From NCBI GenBank assembly GCA_013239625.1, contig MU054338.1:6674724-6738723 (forward strand): a DNA stretch of 64,000 nt. Direction: 5' to 3'. The translations under genes and the position numbers were made by a program. The stretch comes from Lama guanicoe (Eukaryota). Positions 17,428 to 28,068 of this stretch are shown piece by piece (within the stretch, counting starts at the first letter, position 1; every line of letters begins with the position of its first letter). The notes beneath the pieces are model-generated. The model was not told where the DNA came from and searched no databases. It was given only the letters and a program-made list of their open reading frames with translations.

Positions 17428-17475
<48 letters not shown>
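17428..17475. repeat. (TAG)16 microsatellite
   Basis: Perfect trinucleotide run. Confidence 0.95.
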
Positions 17476-17477
<2 letters not shown>

Positions 17478-18582
17478 AAGGTGAGTTTTGTCATCAAAGC
17501 AAGGCAAGAGACTAGGCATGGATGGATGTGGACCCTGGAAGATTTGAATGCTGTATTAAAGATGTAAGGCTTTTTTTTTTAATATGATGTGTAACAAATG
17601 GATATTTTTGTGAAGTATTAACGAAAACTTACACTATATTTCATTGTGGATTCTATCCTTGTTAGAATAACTGTGGATGTGTGTTTAAAAATTCCACACA
17701 CCTTGCAATTTTAAAAGGTCTTTTAATTACTTTGTAGAATTTTATTTTTTCATTTTGTTTGCATAAGTAATTCACGCAGCTAGTAAGAAAATTTCAAAGC
17801 CTATGAAAAGATAACTAGAGTGAAGTGTCTGTCTCCTCTAACCTCTGTTCCCTGCACTGCCTGCCACACACCCTATTCTGCTCCCAGAATCCATGACTGA
17901 CACCAGCTGTTTATCTTCTCCAAGAACCATCTTGTGGTTTTACAGGCAGATTTACAAGTTTATCCCATGCAAGGGAATTTAGATTTTATGTGAACAATGG
18001 AACAGCACTTCGTCACTTTATGATTTATTAAGCACCTACTGTGTACTGCTGGGGCAAATCCAGCAAACACCTTTGAGATATTCACAGCCCAGTGGAGAAG
18101 GCTGAGAGATCAGAATAGGGGAGAGGAGGTCTACAGGATCTGTAGGGGCCCAGGGGAAGAGCTCCTAACCCATGGGGGCAGGGGTCTCAGGTGACTTCTC
18201 TGAAGCTGTAACCTGAGAACTAAGGCTTGTGGGTCCATCAGGAGTGTGTCCAAAGGAGAAAATGTGATCCAGGCTGAAGAAATAGCAGTTGCAAAGGCCA
18301 GAAGTGAGGATGGAGGGTTGTGGGGGGCGGGTGGCTGGACCTTCTTGATGGCCACTAGCTTTGTTCATTGACTCATTTATGTTGAACCTGCCTCAGGGCC
18401 TTTGCATTGTTGTTCCTTCTATCTGGAACATACTTTTCCCAGAGGTCCACATGGCTGTATCCCTCACCTCTTCTGAGAGGCCTGTCCTGACCACCCTATT
18501 TAAAATTGCAGAAGTTCAGGGTTTGGGGGCACAGGCCACCCATTCTCCTTGCTTGACCTTGCAATAAATCTTCCTCTGCTCA

Positions 18583-18625
<43 letters not shown>

Positions 18626-18626
18626 A
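18583..18626. repeat. (TAAA)11 microsatellite, probably the tail of a retro-insertion
   Basis: Perfect tetranucleotide run. Confidence 0.9.
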
Positions 18627-21600
18627 ATTGCAATCCCCGCCCTGGCACTTCTGACTCCCTTATCCTGCCTCATATTTTAAATATTTATTTTATAGCATCC
18701 TATATAATTTCCTGGTTTGGGTTTTTTCCCCTGCTTTTTGCCCATCTCCCCCGTAAGAGTGTAAACTCCTCCTTGGCAGAAGTTTTGCTCTGTCTTGTTC
18801 ACTGCTGTAGTCCCAGGACCCAGTGTAGTGCCTGTAACGCAGGGGGAGCTCAATACACGTTTCTTGAGTGAATTCCTTCGTTTATTGCCCTGATGCAGGG
18901 GTATTACCAGAAACTGCCCTCTCTTTGTCTCTTGGGTCTCAAGATCTCTATCCCCCTGAGGTCACAGGCATGTAAGGTGCCCAGTGAATGATTGTTTACG
19001 CAATGGCACTGGAGTCACATAGACACAGGTTTGAACCTAGGGACTGCCTCTAATTGGCTGATGTCTCTGAAGTCTCTGGGCTAGTGGTTAGCACTTTCAG
19101 AGTTCCATTTCTTAACTGGTAAGTGGGGCCCAGACAAACCCTCCCCTACCGACCTGTGTTGAGGTTGAGTTCCCTTTCCTTCCATCCTCAGTCCCCACAG
19201 TCTTTTTTCCCCCCACAGAAGGAGCCTGTAAACACCTGAGTCAGATCATTTCCCCCCTCTGCTCAGAACCATCCATGCCTCCTATGTAACTTACAGCAAA
19301 AGCCAAAGTCCTTACTGCAGCCCACAAGGGCCCGAGGACCTGTTCTCACCTCCACCCACTCTCCCCCTCCATCTCTCTGTGGTTTCTGCCTCACCAGACT
19401 CCTCTCCAGAACCTGTCAACCTCACACCAGCACCAGCCTCAGGGCCTTTGCACTGGTGATTCCTTCTGCCTGGACCATTTTCCCCTAAACATCTGCATAG
19501 TTCACTCCCTCACCTCCTTCAGGTCTTGACTCAAATGTCACCTTCTCAGGTGACAATGGATCTAAAATCACAATTCCCTTCCTACCCCACTATCTAATCT
19601 GCCTTCCCGCCGTCATTGTTTTCAGAACTTTCACCACATTGTAACAGATGACATCATGCTTTTATTTATCCTGCTTCTTGTCTGTCACCCCCACTAGAAC
19701 ATCAGCGCCTGGAGGACAGAGGTCTTCGTTTCTTTCACTGCTGGGCCCCACTGCTAACAAGAAGAAAGGTGCTAGGCACCCAGTAGGTTCTCAATACATA
19801 GTAATTGAACAAATGGAATGTGGAGAAAGCAGTTTGCACAGGGCTCCTCCACCGGCATATTGATCATGAGCCTTAAATGAAAGGGAGGTAATGACATTGA
19901 GATCCGCACATTGTGAGGCTCAAAGTTTGACTGTTTTGATCCAAGCCTGGGTGGAGGTCAATGGTCACGATGTCCAGCCCACTTATGTAGATCAAAGGCT
20001 CAATTGTAGGTGACCTCTGTCCCCAGGGGCATTGGGTCAGCATCAACCTTGCAGCCTGGAGAGGATCTCTGAGGGCCATGGGCATGACAACAATTGGGGA
20101 GCACACATTGGAAGCTGGAGGGCCCCCCAACATCTGGCCTTTCCTAGACCCCCATCACGGTGCCAGGATTTTCACAAAGGCCAGAGGTCAAGGCTGGAAC
20201 ATTGTGGAACTGCCTTTAGACAGGAGATACAGGGTGTGGGTTCACACTTGATGTGGGGCCTGACCCTCTTGGGGGGAGCTGTCTATAGTATACCCCCATT
20301 AACTGCCAAAACATCTGCTGTGTGTTTGTTTGTTTGCAGCCCAGTTTGTGGGTAATTGCCAAGCCCCTGAGGAGGAGGAGTCTTCATTGAGGCACCCCCC
20401 TCCCCCAGCCCCTAGGGTTAGCCTGATTTGCATAGATGTTTCCATTCCCTTCAGTCCCCTTCAGTTCAGCTGCATGGGGAAGCAGAAAAAAAGGGGCAGA
20501 GAGTCAGACCTCCTCAGGGCTTGAACCCCTGGGCAGGACAAATGGGATCTCTGGGTCTCAGTTTACTGCTCTGTAAAATGGGGTATAATTGCCCCTTCCT
20601 CATATGGTTTGTGTCAGCCTTGAACATGTGTACCCTGAGATCATCCTTTCCCCTGCTTTGCCCCTGCCCCATAGCTAGAGGCTGACCCCTGCATGGAATA
20701 CTTCCCTTGCCTCCAGCCTCCTGCCCAGATTTAGCCAGTGGAAGGCACTGAGGGTAGACTGGAGGGCAGGAGGTTGAGAGAAGCCAGGGTAGTTCCCCTC
20801 ATCTGCTTCTGGCAGCCTCTTTCACTGGATGTGGCCCCCCTGCTTGTTAATTTCTAAGTCGTCTCACTCCTCCCGCGCTTTGGTTTCTCATCTATGTGAC
20901 CATCCTCTGCATTAAATCCCCTCTGTTTGAGATAGTTCTATTTTCCCAAGTAGACTCTGAATGATGTCTGTTTTAAAATACAATTTAAAAAAAAATTAAG
21001 TCTTCCCTTTTCAATGTGCAGTTGGGCAAACGTCTACCATCATGTGACCACCAGGACAATGGAGGTAGAGAACGATTCCATCACCCCAAAACTCCCCCCA
21101 TGCCCTTTTGTAGTCAACCCCACCCTCTGCCCTCAGGCCTGAAAAATCACTGGTTGCTCACTGTCCCTGTAGTTTGGCCTTTTTCAGAACATCATAGTAA
21201 TGGAATCATACAGTACGTAGCCTTTTGTGTCTGCCTTCTTTTCCTCATAATGCATTTGAGATTCATCCATGTTGTTATATATCACTCTGTAAAGTTCCTT
21301 CTTTTTAGAACTTGAGGTTCCAAATGTTATATTCCTGAGTGGTCTCCATGTGAGGATGAACGGCAGCTTGCCTATTTATTCCTTAATGGAGATGTTATAA
21401 GCTTTTGATGGGATGATATTTACAAAACGCTTAGGACAGTAACTGGCACATTATGTACGTTTCAACTATTGTTATTATGCTGGAGGGAGGCTTCCTGAGA
21501 ACTGAGCTTTTGGGGCTCCCCTCTCCTCTAACTGCATGTCTCCCTTATCTGGAAGAGAGAGCCCACCCCTCCCAGGCACAAAGGGCTAAAACTGCATCTG

Positions 21601-24239
21601 GTGCAGACGTGGCAGGGAGTGGCCTCCACCAGCAGCCTCTCCACCCCATCCCTGAAGCTGAAAGTGGGCCTCAAGCCCGTGGATGGACGAAATGAGGCGG
21701 CTGCAGCTTCGCTGCCTGCCAAGATCAGCATCTGGAAAGCTTCTCTGCAGCTGGGCCCCTTCCCCCAGTGCTGGGGTGATGATGAGAAAGTTGGGACCTG
21801 TCTCAGACACTTCTCCTCGAGCAGTTCCTCTTGCCAAAACCTGAGAGCTGGGGGTGGGGAGGCAGTGGAGGCCCAGGGAGGATGGAGGACAGTCCGGAGC
21901 CTCACTGACTTGGGGGAAATCAGAAAATTTGGGGTGAGATGGGATTAGAGGTCAGAGGGTTTCCTTCACCTCTGGATTACGGAGGAGAACATTCTACATC
22001 TCGCCAATGACCGGCGTGATCCTGAATGGTAACTACTGCCCTTCTATTCCAAACTGCTGGGGCAGGGATGGGGAGGGGTCACTGCATCAGGACTGGGGCC
22101 GGGACTTGGGATGAAAAAGTGGGCAGAGAGCTCTAGTCTACACCCTGCCACAACCCTGTGCCTCAGTTTCCTTATCTTTAAAATGGGGTGATGAAGAAAA
22201 GGCAAAACTATGGGGACAGTAAAAAGCTCAGTGGTTGCCAGTGGTTAAGGAGGAGGGAGGGATGACTAGGCAGAATTTAGAGGCTAATTTTTAGGGCAGT
22301 GAAACAATTAAGATACTATAAGGGTGGGTACATGTCATTACACAGACCCATTGAACGTGCAACATCAGAAATTTGGTGTGACAATGATGTGTCAGTGTAG
22401 GTTCATCAGTGGTAATAAATATGCCACTCTGATGGGGGAAGCTGACAATGGGGGAGGCTATACATGTGGGTGGGGAGGGGGTCTCTGGGCCATCTCTGTA
22501 CTTTCTGCTCTATTTTGCTGTGAACCGAAAACTGTTCTAAAATACAATGTCTATTAAAAAAATGGAATGATGATAATAATAATACCCGCCTCCTAGGGTT
22601 GTGAGGATTCATAGAGCCACACCCAGCACTGTCTGTGTCTGTGAGCGTTAGCCATTACTGTCGGTGGCCCTGTAATTAGTGGAGGCTGGCCCTAGCCTCT
22701 TCCTTTTCTTCTTTTCTCTTGCTTGGGAGCTCCCCAAGAAAAGGGCCCCGTTTCCTTCCTCTTCCACTGTTCTCTCACTCAGGGACCCCAACTGAACTCT
22801 AGGGTGGGGCTTAGCTTTTGCCTTGACCTCCCAGACCATCCAGGAGTCTAGACCAGTGTTTCCCAGTTCTCCAACCTGTTCCCTCAGCTGAGCCGGCAGA
22901 GACCGCATGTTGCCCCAGAAGCAGGAGGTGATGGGGGAGGAGGTGGAAGTCACTTGTGGGTGTCTGTGTGTCCCTGGGGACATCACCTTTGTCTAGGAGC
23001 CACGGTCCCCCTAACAGACAGCCGGATATGTCTGCAGCCTTGATATTACCGTCGCCCCCACGTCCCTGGGGAGATGGCAAACTGCTGAGCCAGCAAGGCA
23101 AGTTGTGGGGGCCACTTCCTCCCAAGATCTTTCAGGTCCTCACAGAGGGCTAACATTTCCGCTCCGACAGCTCCTCGGCGAAGAGAGGACCCAGTTTTTT
23201 CAGGGCTTTGTCTTCTGTGGTTTGAACACCTGGTTTCTAAAGGTTTTACGGCCACACTTCATTTGGGCAGAGGATTTGGTGCGGTTTTGCTGAAGTCCAA
23301 GTGGACCCCGAGATCTGGCCCAGAACTGAGTGGGCACTGAAATCTCATTCAGGAAAAGGAATGAAGTCACTCCGGCTTTCTTATCTTCCCATCAACGGTC
23401 TGCTACCCTGCGTTCACACTGTCTCGTTTCTTCTGTCTCCTTCATCAGACTGTGAGTTTTGGATGGCAGAAACCAACGAGGTATCACCAGAACAGAGCAT
23501 TATATGAATATATATGCTGCATACATACATATGTAACATTAATATATTGATTCTTAATATTCATTTCTTTATGAAAAACTTAAATATGTTTACTCTTAAT
23601 ATAAATTTATTTAATGATGATATGTTGAATAATAACGTAGATATGTAATCAGTGTTATTGTTTATTTATATTATTGATACTATTCATTACTATGATTACA
23701 GGAACAAGCTTACAATTAGAAGTCCGGTGATTTGTTACTTTTTATTTAATTTTTCACATCTTTGTAAAATTTTTGAATTGGTAATATGAGCTAAAAATTT
23801 CAAACCGTCCTCCCAAGGGTACACCATAAAATGTCTGGCCCCCTGTCACCTGTTCCCCCTAACTCAGGTCCCCTCCCTGGGGGTAACCGCTGTGACGATG
23901 TCATGTGCCTTCTCTGGGAGATGGCCTGTGAGTCCGCAGGCAAATGTGTGTGTATTTATATGCCCTTATAAATAAATCCAGAAATACAGGCAAGCAAGCA
24001 GTGTAAACTGGTCTATCTTGTGCTTTTTTTTCACCTTAACACATTGAAGACAGTTTTACCTCAAGACTCCATTTTTCCTATTTAATAGGCATGTATGGAT
24101 TGATTTTAGTTTCCTTTTTTGAAGTTTTGCTTTTCAACACTTTATGGAGTATAATATATATACAGAAGAGTGTGCTGAACCCTTCCCCCCACCTTTTTCT
24201 TTTATTGGTTGCGTTGTCTGGGATTCAAGCATCTGTAAT

Positions 24240-24779
24240 TTTTTTTTTAATTTCAGCTTTTTTGAGGTATCATTGACATGTAAAATTGTAAGACAGTTAA
24301 AGTGTACATCACGGTGATTGGATGTATGTATACATTGTGAAAGGATTCTCTCCAGCTAGCTAATTAGCACATCCATCACCTCACATATTTATCTTTTTGT
24401 GTGTGTGTGTGTGTGGATGTGAGACCATTTCAGGTCTACTCTCTCAGTAAATTTCAGTGGTCTGATACACTATTATCAACTACAGTCACCCTGCTGTATA
24501 TTAGATCTTCAGACCTTATTCATCATATAACGGAAAGTTTGCACCCTTTTACTAATCTCTTCCTACTTACCCCACCTCCCTGCCTCTGGCAACCATTTTT
24601 CCTACTGTGTGTTTCTATGAGTTTGATTTTTTTTTTAAGATTCCACATATAAGTGATACCATGTGGTATTTGTCTTTTCTCTGTCTGGCTCATTTCACTT
24701 GCCACAAGGCCCTCAAGTTTCATCCATATCGTTGAAAAGGACAGAATTTCTTTTTTATGGCTGGATAATGTTCCATTGT

Positions 24780-24818
<39 letters not shown>

Positions 24819-24930
24819 CATACATATCTCACATTTTCTTTATATGTTCATCCGTTGACAGACACTTAGATTGTTTCCAGACCTTGGCTGCTGTGAATAA
24901 TGCTACAATAAACATGAGAGTGCAGATATC
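24240..24930 (-). mobile_element. Old L1 (L1MA-like) 3' region containing TG microsatellites
   Basis: Typical L1 3' UTR text such as gattccacatataagtgatacc, catccatatcgttg and ttggctgctgtgaataatgct. Confidence 0.75.
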
Positions 24931-25180
24931 CTTTTTTGTCATTTTCCTTTTCAATACTCTACTGAAGTATAGCATAAACATAGAAGAGTGCACCTACTTT
25001 CTCCCTCATTTTTATTGCACTGTCTGGGTACCAGCAGTCTAAATTTTTAATTCAGTTTATTGTTGAAATAGGGCATGTATGTACGTGTTGTAAAAGTCAA
25101 AATTACAAAAGAGGGAAAGCAACCTCCTTCCTCTGACCTGTGCCCTATCTTTCAGTTCCTCTCCCAGGAAATCAGTTTCT

Positions 25181-25383
25181 ATTTTTTTAATTTTGATTTT
25201 TTTAAATCGAAGTATAGTCAGTTACAATGTGTCAATTTTTGGTGTTCAGCATAATGTCCCAATCATGTATATACATATGTATATGTATTTGTTTTCATAT
25301 TCTTTTTCATTAAAGGTTACTACAAGTTATTGAATATAGTTCCCTGTGCTATACAGAAGAAATTTTTAATCTATTTTTATATT
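25181..25383 (-). mobile_element. Lineage-specific L1 3' end with a 10-bp TSD
   Basis: Reverse complement of the 1290-1515 element; ATCAGTTTCT at 25171 and 25384. Confidence 0.75.
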
Positions 25384-26199
25384 ATCAGTTTCTTCTTCCT
25401 GCATTATTCTGGATATTCTGAGCACATACAGTAGAACCTCAACTCCACTAAGACAGGGAGTTTTATCTGTTTGGTTTCCTGATGTATCTCCAGCCTTTTA
25501 GAATAGCATCTGGTGCATAGCAGGTGCTTACTGTATTTGGTAAATAAACAAAGCTGATTATGTATTCATTTTCACAAACAGTACCCTCCTGAACATAAGT
25601 TCCATGGAGGTAAGGACTTTCCCCCCCTGTTTTGTTCACTGCTGTGTCCAGTAGGTGCACCAAAAACATTTGTTGAAGGAGTGAGAGTCATGTCGTCTGG
25701 TCACTGATTTCACACGCTCGCATCAGTAAATGAAGGTGTGTCTTATCTACATAGCCAGGCACACAGAGATGCCCAGGAAAAGTGGAAAGAGGGAAACTAA
25801 AGAACTGGATAGAAGATTGGGCCCCAGCTTGAAAGGCAGGACTCAACCTAGGCCTGCTGGGTGACCACAGTGAGGGCAATCGATGCACAGAGGCAGGGAA
25901 GGCTGCTGGGGGCTTCTGGTCTTCTAGGGCAGAGGGACCAGCGCTTGAATTCTGGTGTCTCATCAGGGCAAAATCCAATCCTGTCTTTGAGGCAGGGCGC
26001 GACACACAGTAGCAACTTGCTTATTTGTTGGATGAACACACAGTAGGCACTTAATATCTATTTGCTGCTTTGACACTTAGTAGGTGTTTCGTGGCTCCTT
26101 GGTAAGTAAATAAAAGGGATTCCATGCGCTTCTCCAATTTCAGGGTCTCAGGTATGGGCCAAGAGTATATCTGCAATTAAAGACAGTTGTTTCAGGTTG

Positions 26200-27700
26200 A
26201 GGCCACCTGGCCAGGAGCGACATGACGCCACGCAGCCCCGTGACGTCATGCTCCGGCCGGTTCTCACGGGTGGGGGCTGGGAGGGGCAGGGCTGGATGGT
26301 GGGGGTGCGGACAAAGGGACCCCGCGAGCCTCCTCCGCCGACCCTTGCGCGCGCCCCGCTGGGCCAGCCACATCTGGAATTCATTGCAGCCGCCGCCGGA
26401 AAGGGGAGGAGATAGGGCGGGGCAAATGGGGGCCGAGGCAGCGCCTCTCCCGGTCCCCTTCTGTCCCCGGTCCCCTGCCCCGGGACGCAGTGGAGCCCGG
26501 CGGGCAGCCCCAGCCGCGGCCGTCCCGGGGACGCAGACGCCAACGCCCCTCCGGCCAGGGCAAGGACCCGGGCCGGCCTAGCCAGGTGAGCGTGCGTGGC
26601 GAGGGGGAGGCAAAAAGGGCGGGCCCTGGTCTCCGGAGGTCGCGGGATCCGAGCTTGGGGAGCCGGCCAGGGGTCCCGGGCGCCCCGGGAGCTCACGCGC
26701 CGCCCGTGCTCCTGCTGCACGGAAGGAGTAGTCATCGTGGGCCCTCTCCACGACCCCAGGCGGCCCTACTGCCTCGGCCGCGAACTCCCAGACAGAGCTC
26801 CGCGCCTTGCCCAGCGGCAGGAAGTTGGCGCGGAGAAGAAGGCGGAATCCGAGAGCTTTTGGCTGGAGACTGGGAGGCAGGACTGCTTGCCCCCGGACCC
26901 GGGGTTTGGGGAGTGTGTATGGGGGAGGGGAGGAAGCCCCTCTTTGCTGACTCCGGCTGGTAGAGGGCGAAAAGTGCTGCGCGGCACCGAACCTCCCAGC
27001 CAAGGGGCGGGGCCCCGGAGGAGGGCAGTTGCCCACCTCCTGCACGTCTGGTCCTCTGCCTCAGTTTCTCCGAGTAGTTCGTCTTTTCCAGCCCCGTCGC
27101 GGGGTCGTGGCTTTGTTTTGGAAGGAAGGTGAACCCGACCGCGTGGATCCGCCGCCTCTTCTTTCCCCTGGGGCTCGGCGATGGCGCGTGGGTGCGGGCG
27201 CGCGTGGCCCCGCGTGGGCCTGGGCCCAGCCGTGCATGGGAACCTCGCCCCTTCTCTGGCACGAGTTGACTCACCCGGGGATTTCCATCCCCTTTCCCGA
27301 CTCTGCCCCAGTCAGACTCTCCAGGCGCCACGCGCTGAGCCCACGGTCCCCTGCGTGGCGCGACACGGATGCAGTATTCGCGGTGCAGCTGCTGCTGTGA
27401 TCTCTCCCCACCTCTCCCCAGTCCTCTGGGAATATCGAAGCGGGGTCCTAGCGGGACGCAGAGGAGTCTCCCACTCCTCCTTGGAGATGTGGGGGTCCCG
27501 CGCGTGTGGCTGTCGCGAGGGAGAGGAGGCGCGGCCCTAGAGGCAGCTTGTGTGGATACCGCGCATTCCACCGCCAGATAAGGAGGCCGAGGCTGCGGCC
27601 CCAGGGCGGGGCGGGTCCTGCTGCCGTCTCCACGGAGATGCGAGGGGCTTCGCCTGGTGGCTGGGCCTGCCAGCTGACCAGAGGCGTCTTTTGCTGTTGT
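26200..27700. promoter_or_regulatory. S1PR2: S1PR2 CpG island and promoter
   Basis: CpG-dense block; CRE TGACGTCA at 26241-26248; GC box GGGCGGGG near 26415. Confidence 0.75.
26480..26585 (+). other. S1PR2: S1PR2 non-coding exon 1 (5' end approximate)
   Basis: Ends GCCTAGCCAG|GTGAGC (donor at 26586); pairs with acceptor tctctctgcag|31508 before the CDS; matches my recollection of the human S1PR2 exon junction. Confidence 0.7.
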
Positions 27701-27796
27701 TTGAGCCTGGGCTGAATTTAGGAGCCTCCACTCTCTGGGGTCCACTGGGGCCTTGTTTGCCCGTTCATTCATTCATCTATCCATCCATCCTACACG

Positions 27797-28068
27797 TTTT
27801 TTTTTTCTTTCGTTTCTTTCTTTCTTTTTTTTTTTTGAATTGAAGTATAGTCGGTTATAATGTCTCGATCTCTGGTGTACAGCACAGTGTCCCACTCATG
27901 CATATACATACATATATTCGTTTTCATATTCTTTTTCATTAAAAGTTTTAACAAGATACCGAACATACTGAACCTTGTGCTATACAGAATAAATTTGTTT
28001 TTTAATCTATTTTTATATATAGTAGTTAGTATTTGCAAATCTCCAGCTGCCAAATTTATCCGCCCCCA
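27797..28068 (-). mobile_element. Lineage-specific L1 3' end in S1PR2 intron 1
   Basis: Poly-T followed by aattgaagtatagtcggttataatgt..., same family as 25181-25383. Confidence 0.7.

Noticed and set aside
21776..21844. GTGATGA ... CTGA spaced like a C/D-box snoRNA
   Set aside because: No terminal stem, no clear internal boxes, and no plus-strand host intron.
23507..23760. Very AT-rich patch
   Set aside because: Low-complexity sequence beside decayed L1 fragments, with no structure I could support.
26732..27772. 346-aa minus-strand ORF and other long ORFs over the S1PR2 CpG island
   Set aside because: Pro/Arg/Gly-rich with no recognisable domain; long ORFs in several frames are expected in GC-rich CpG islands.
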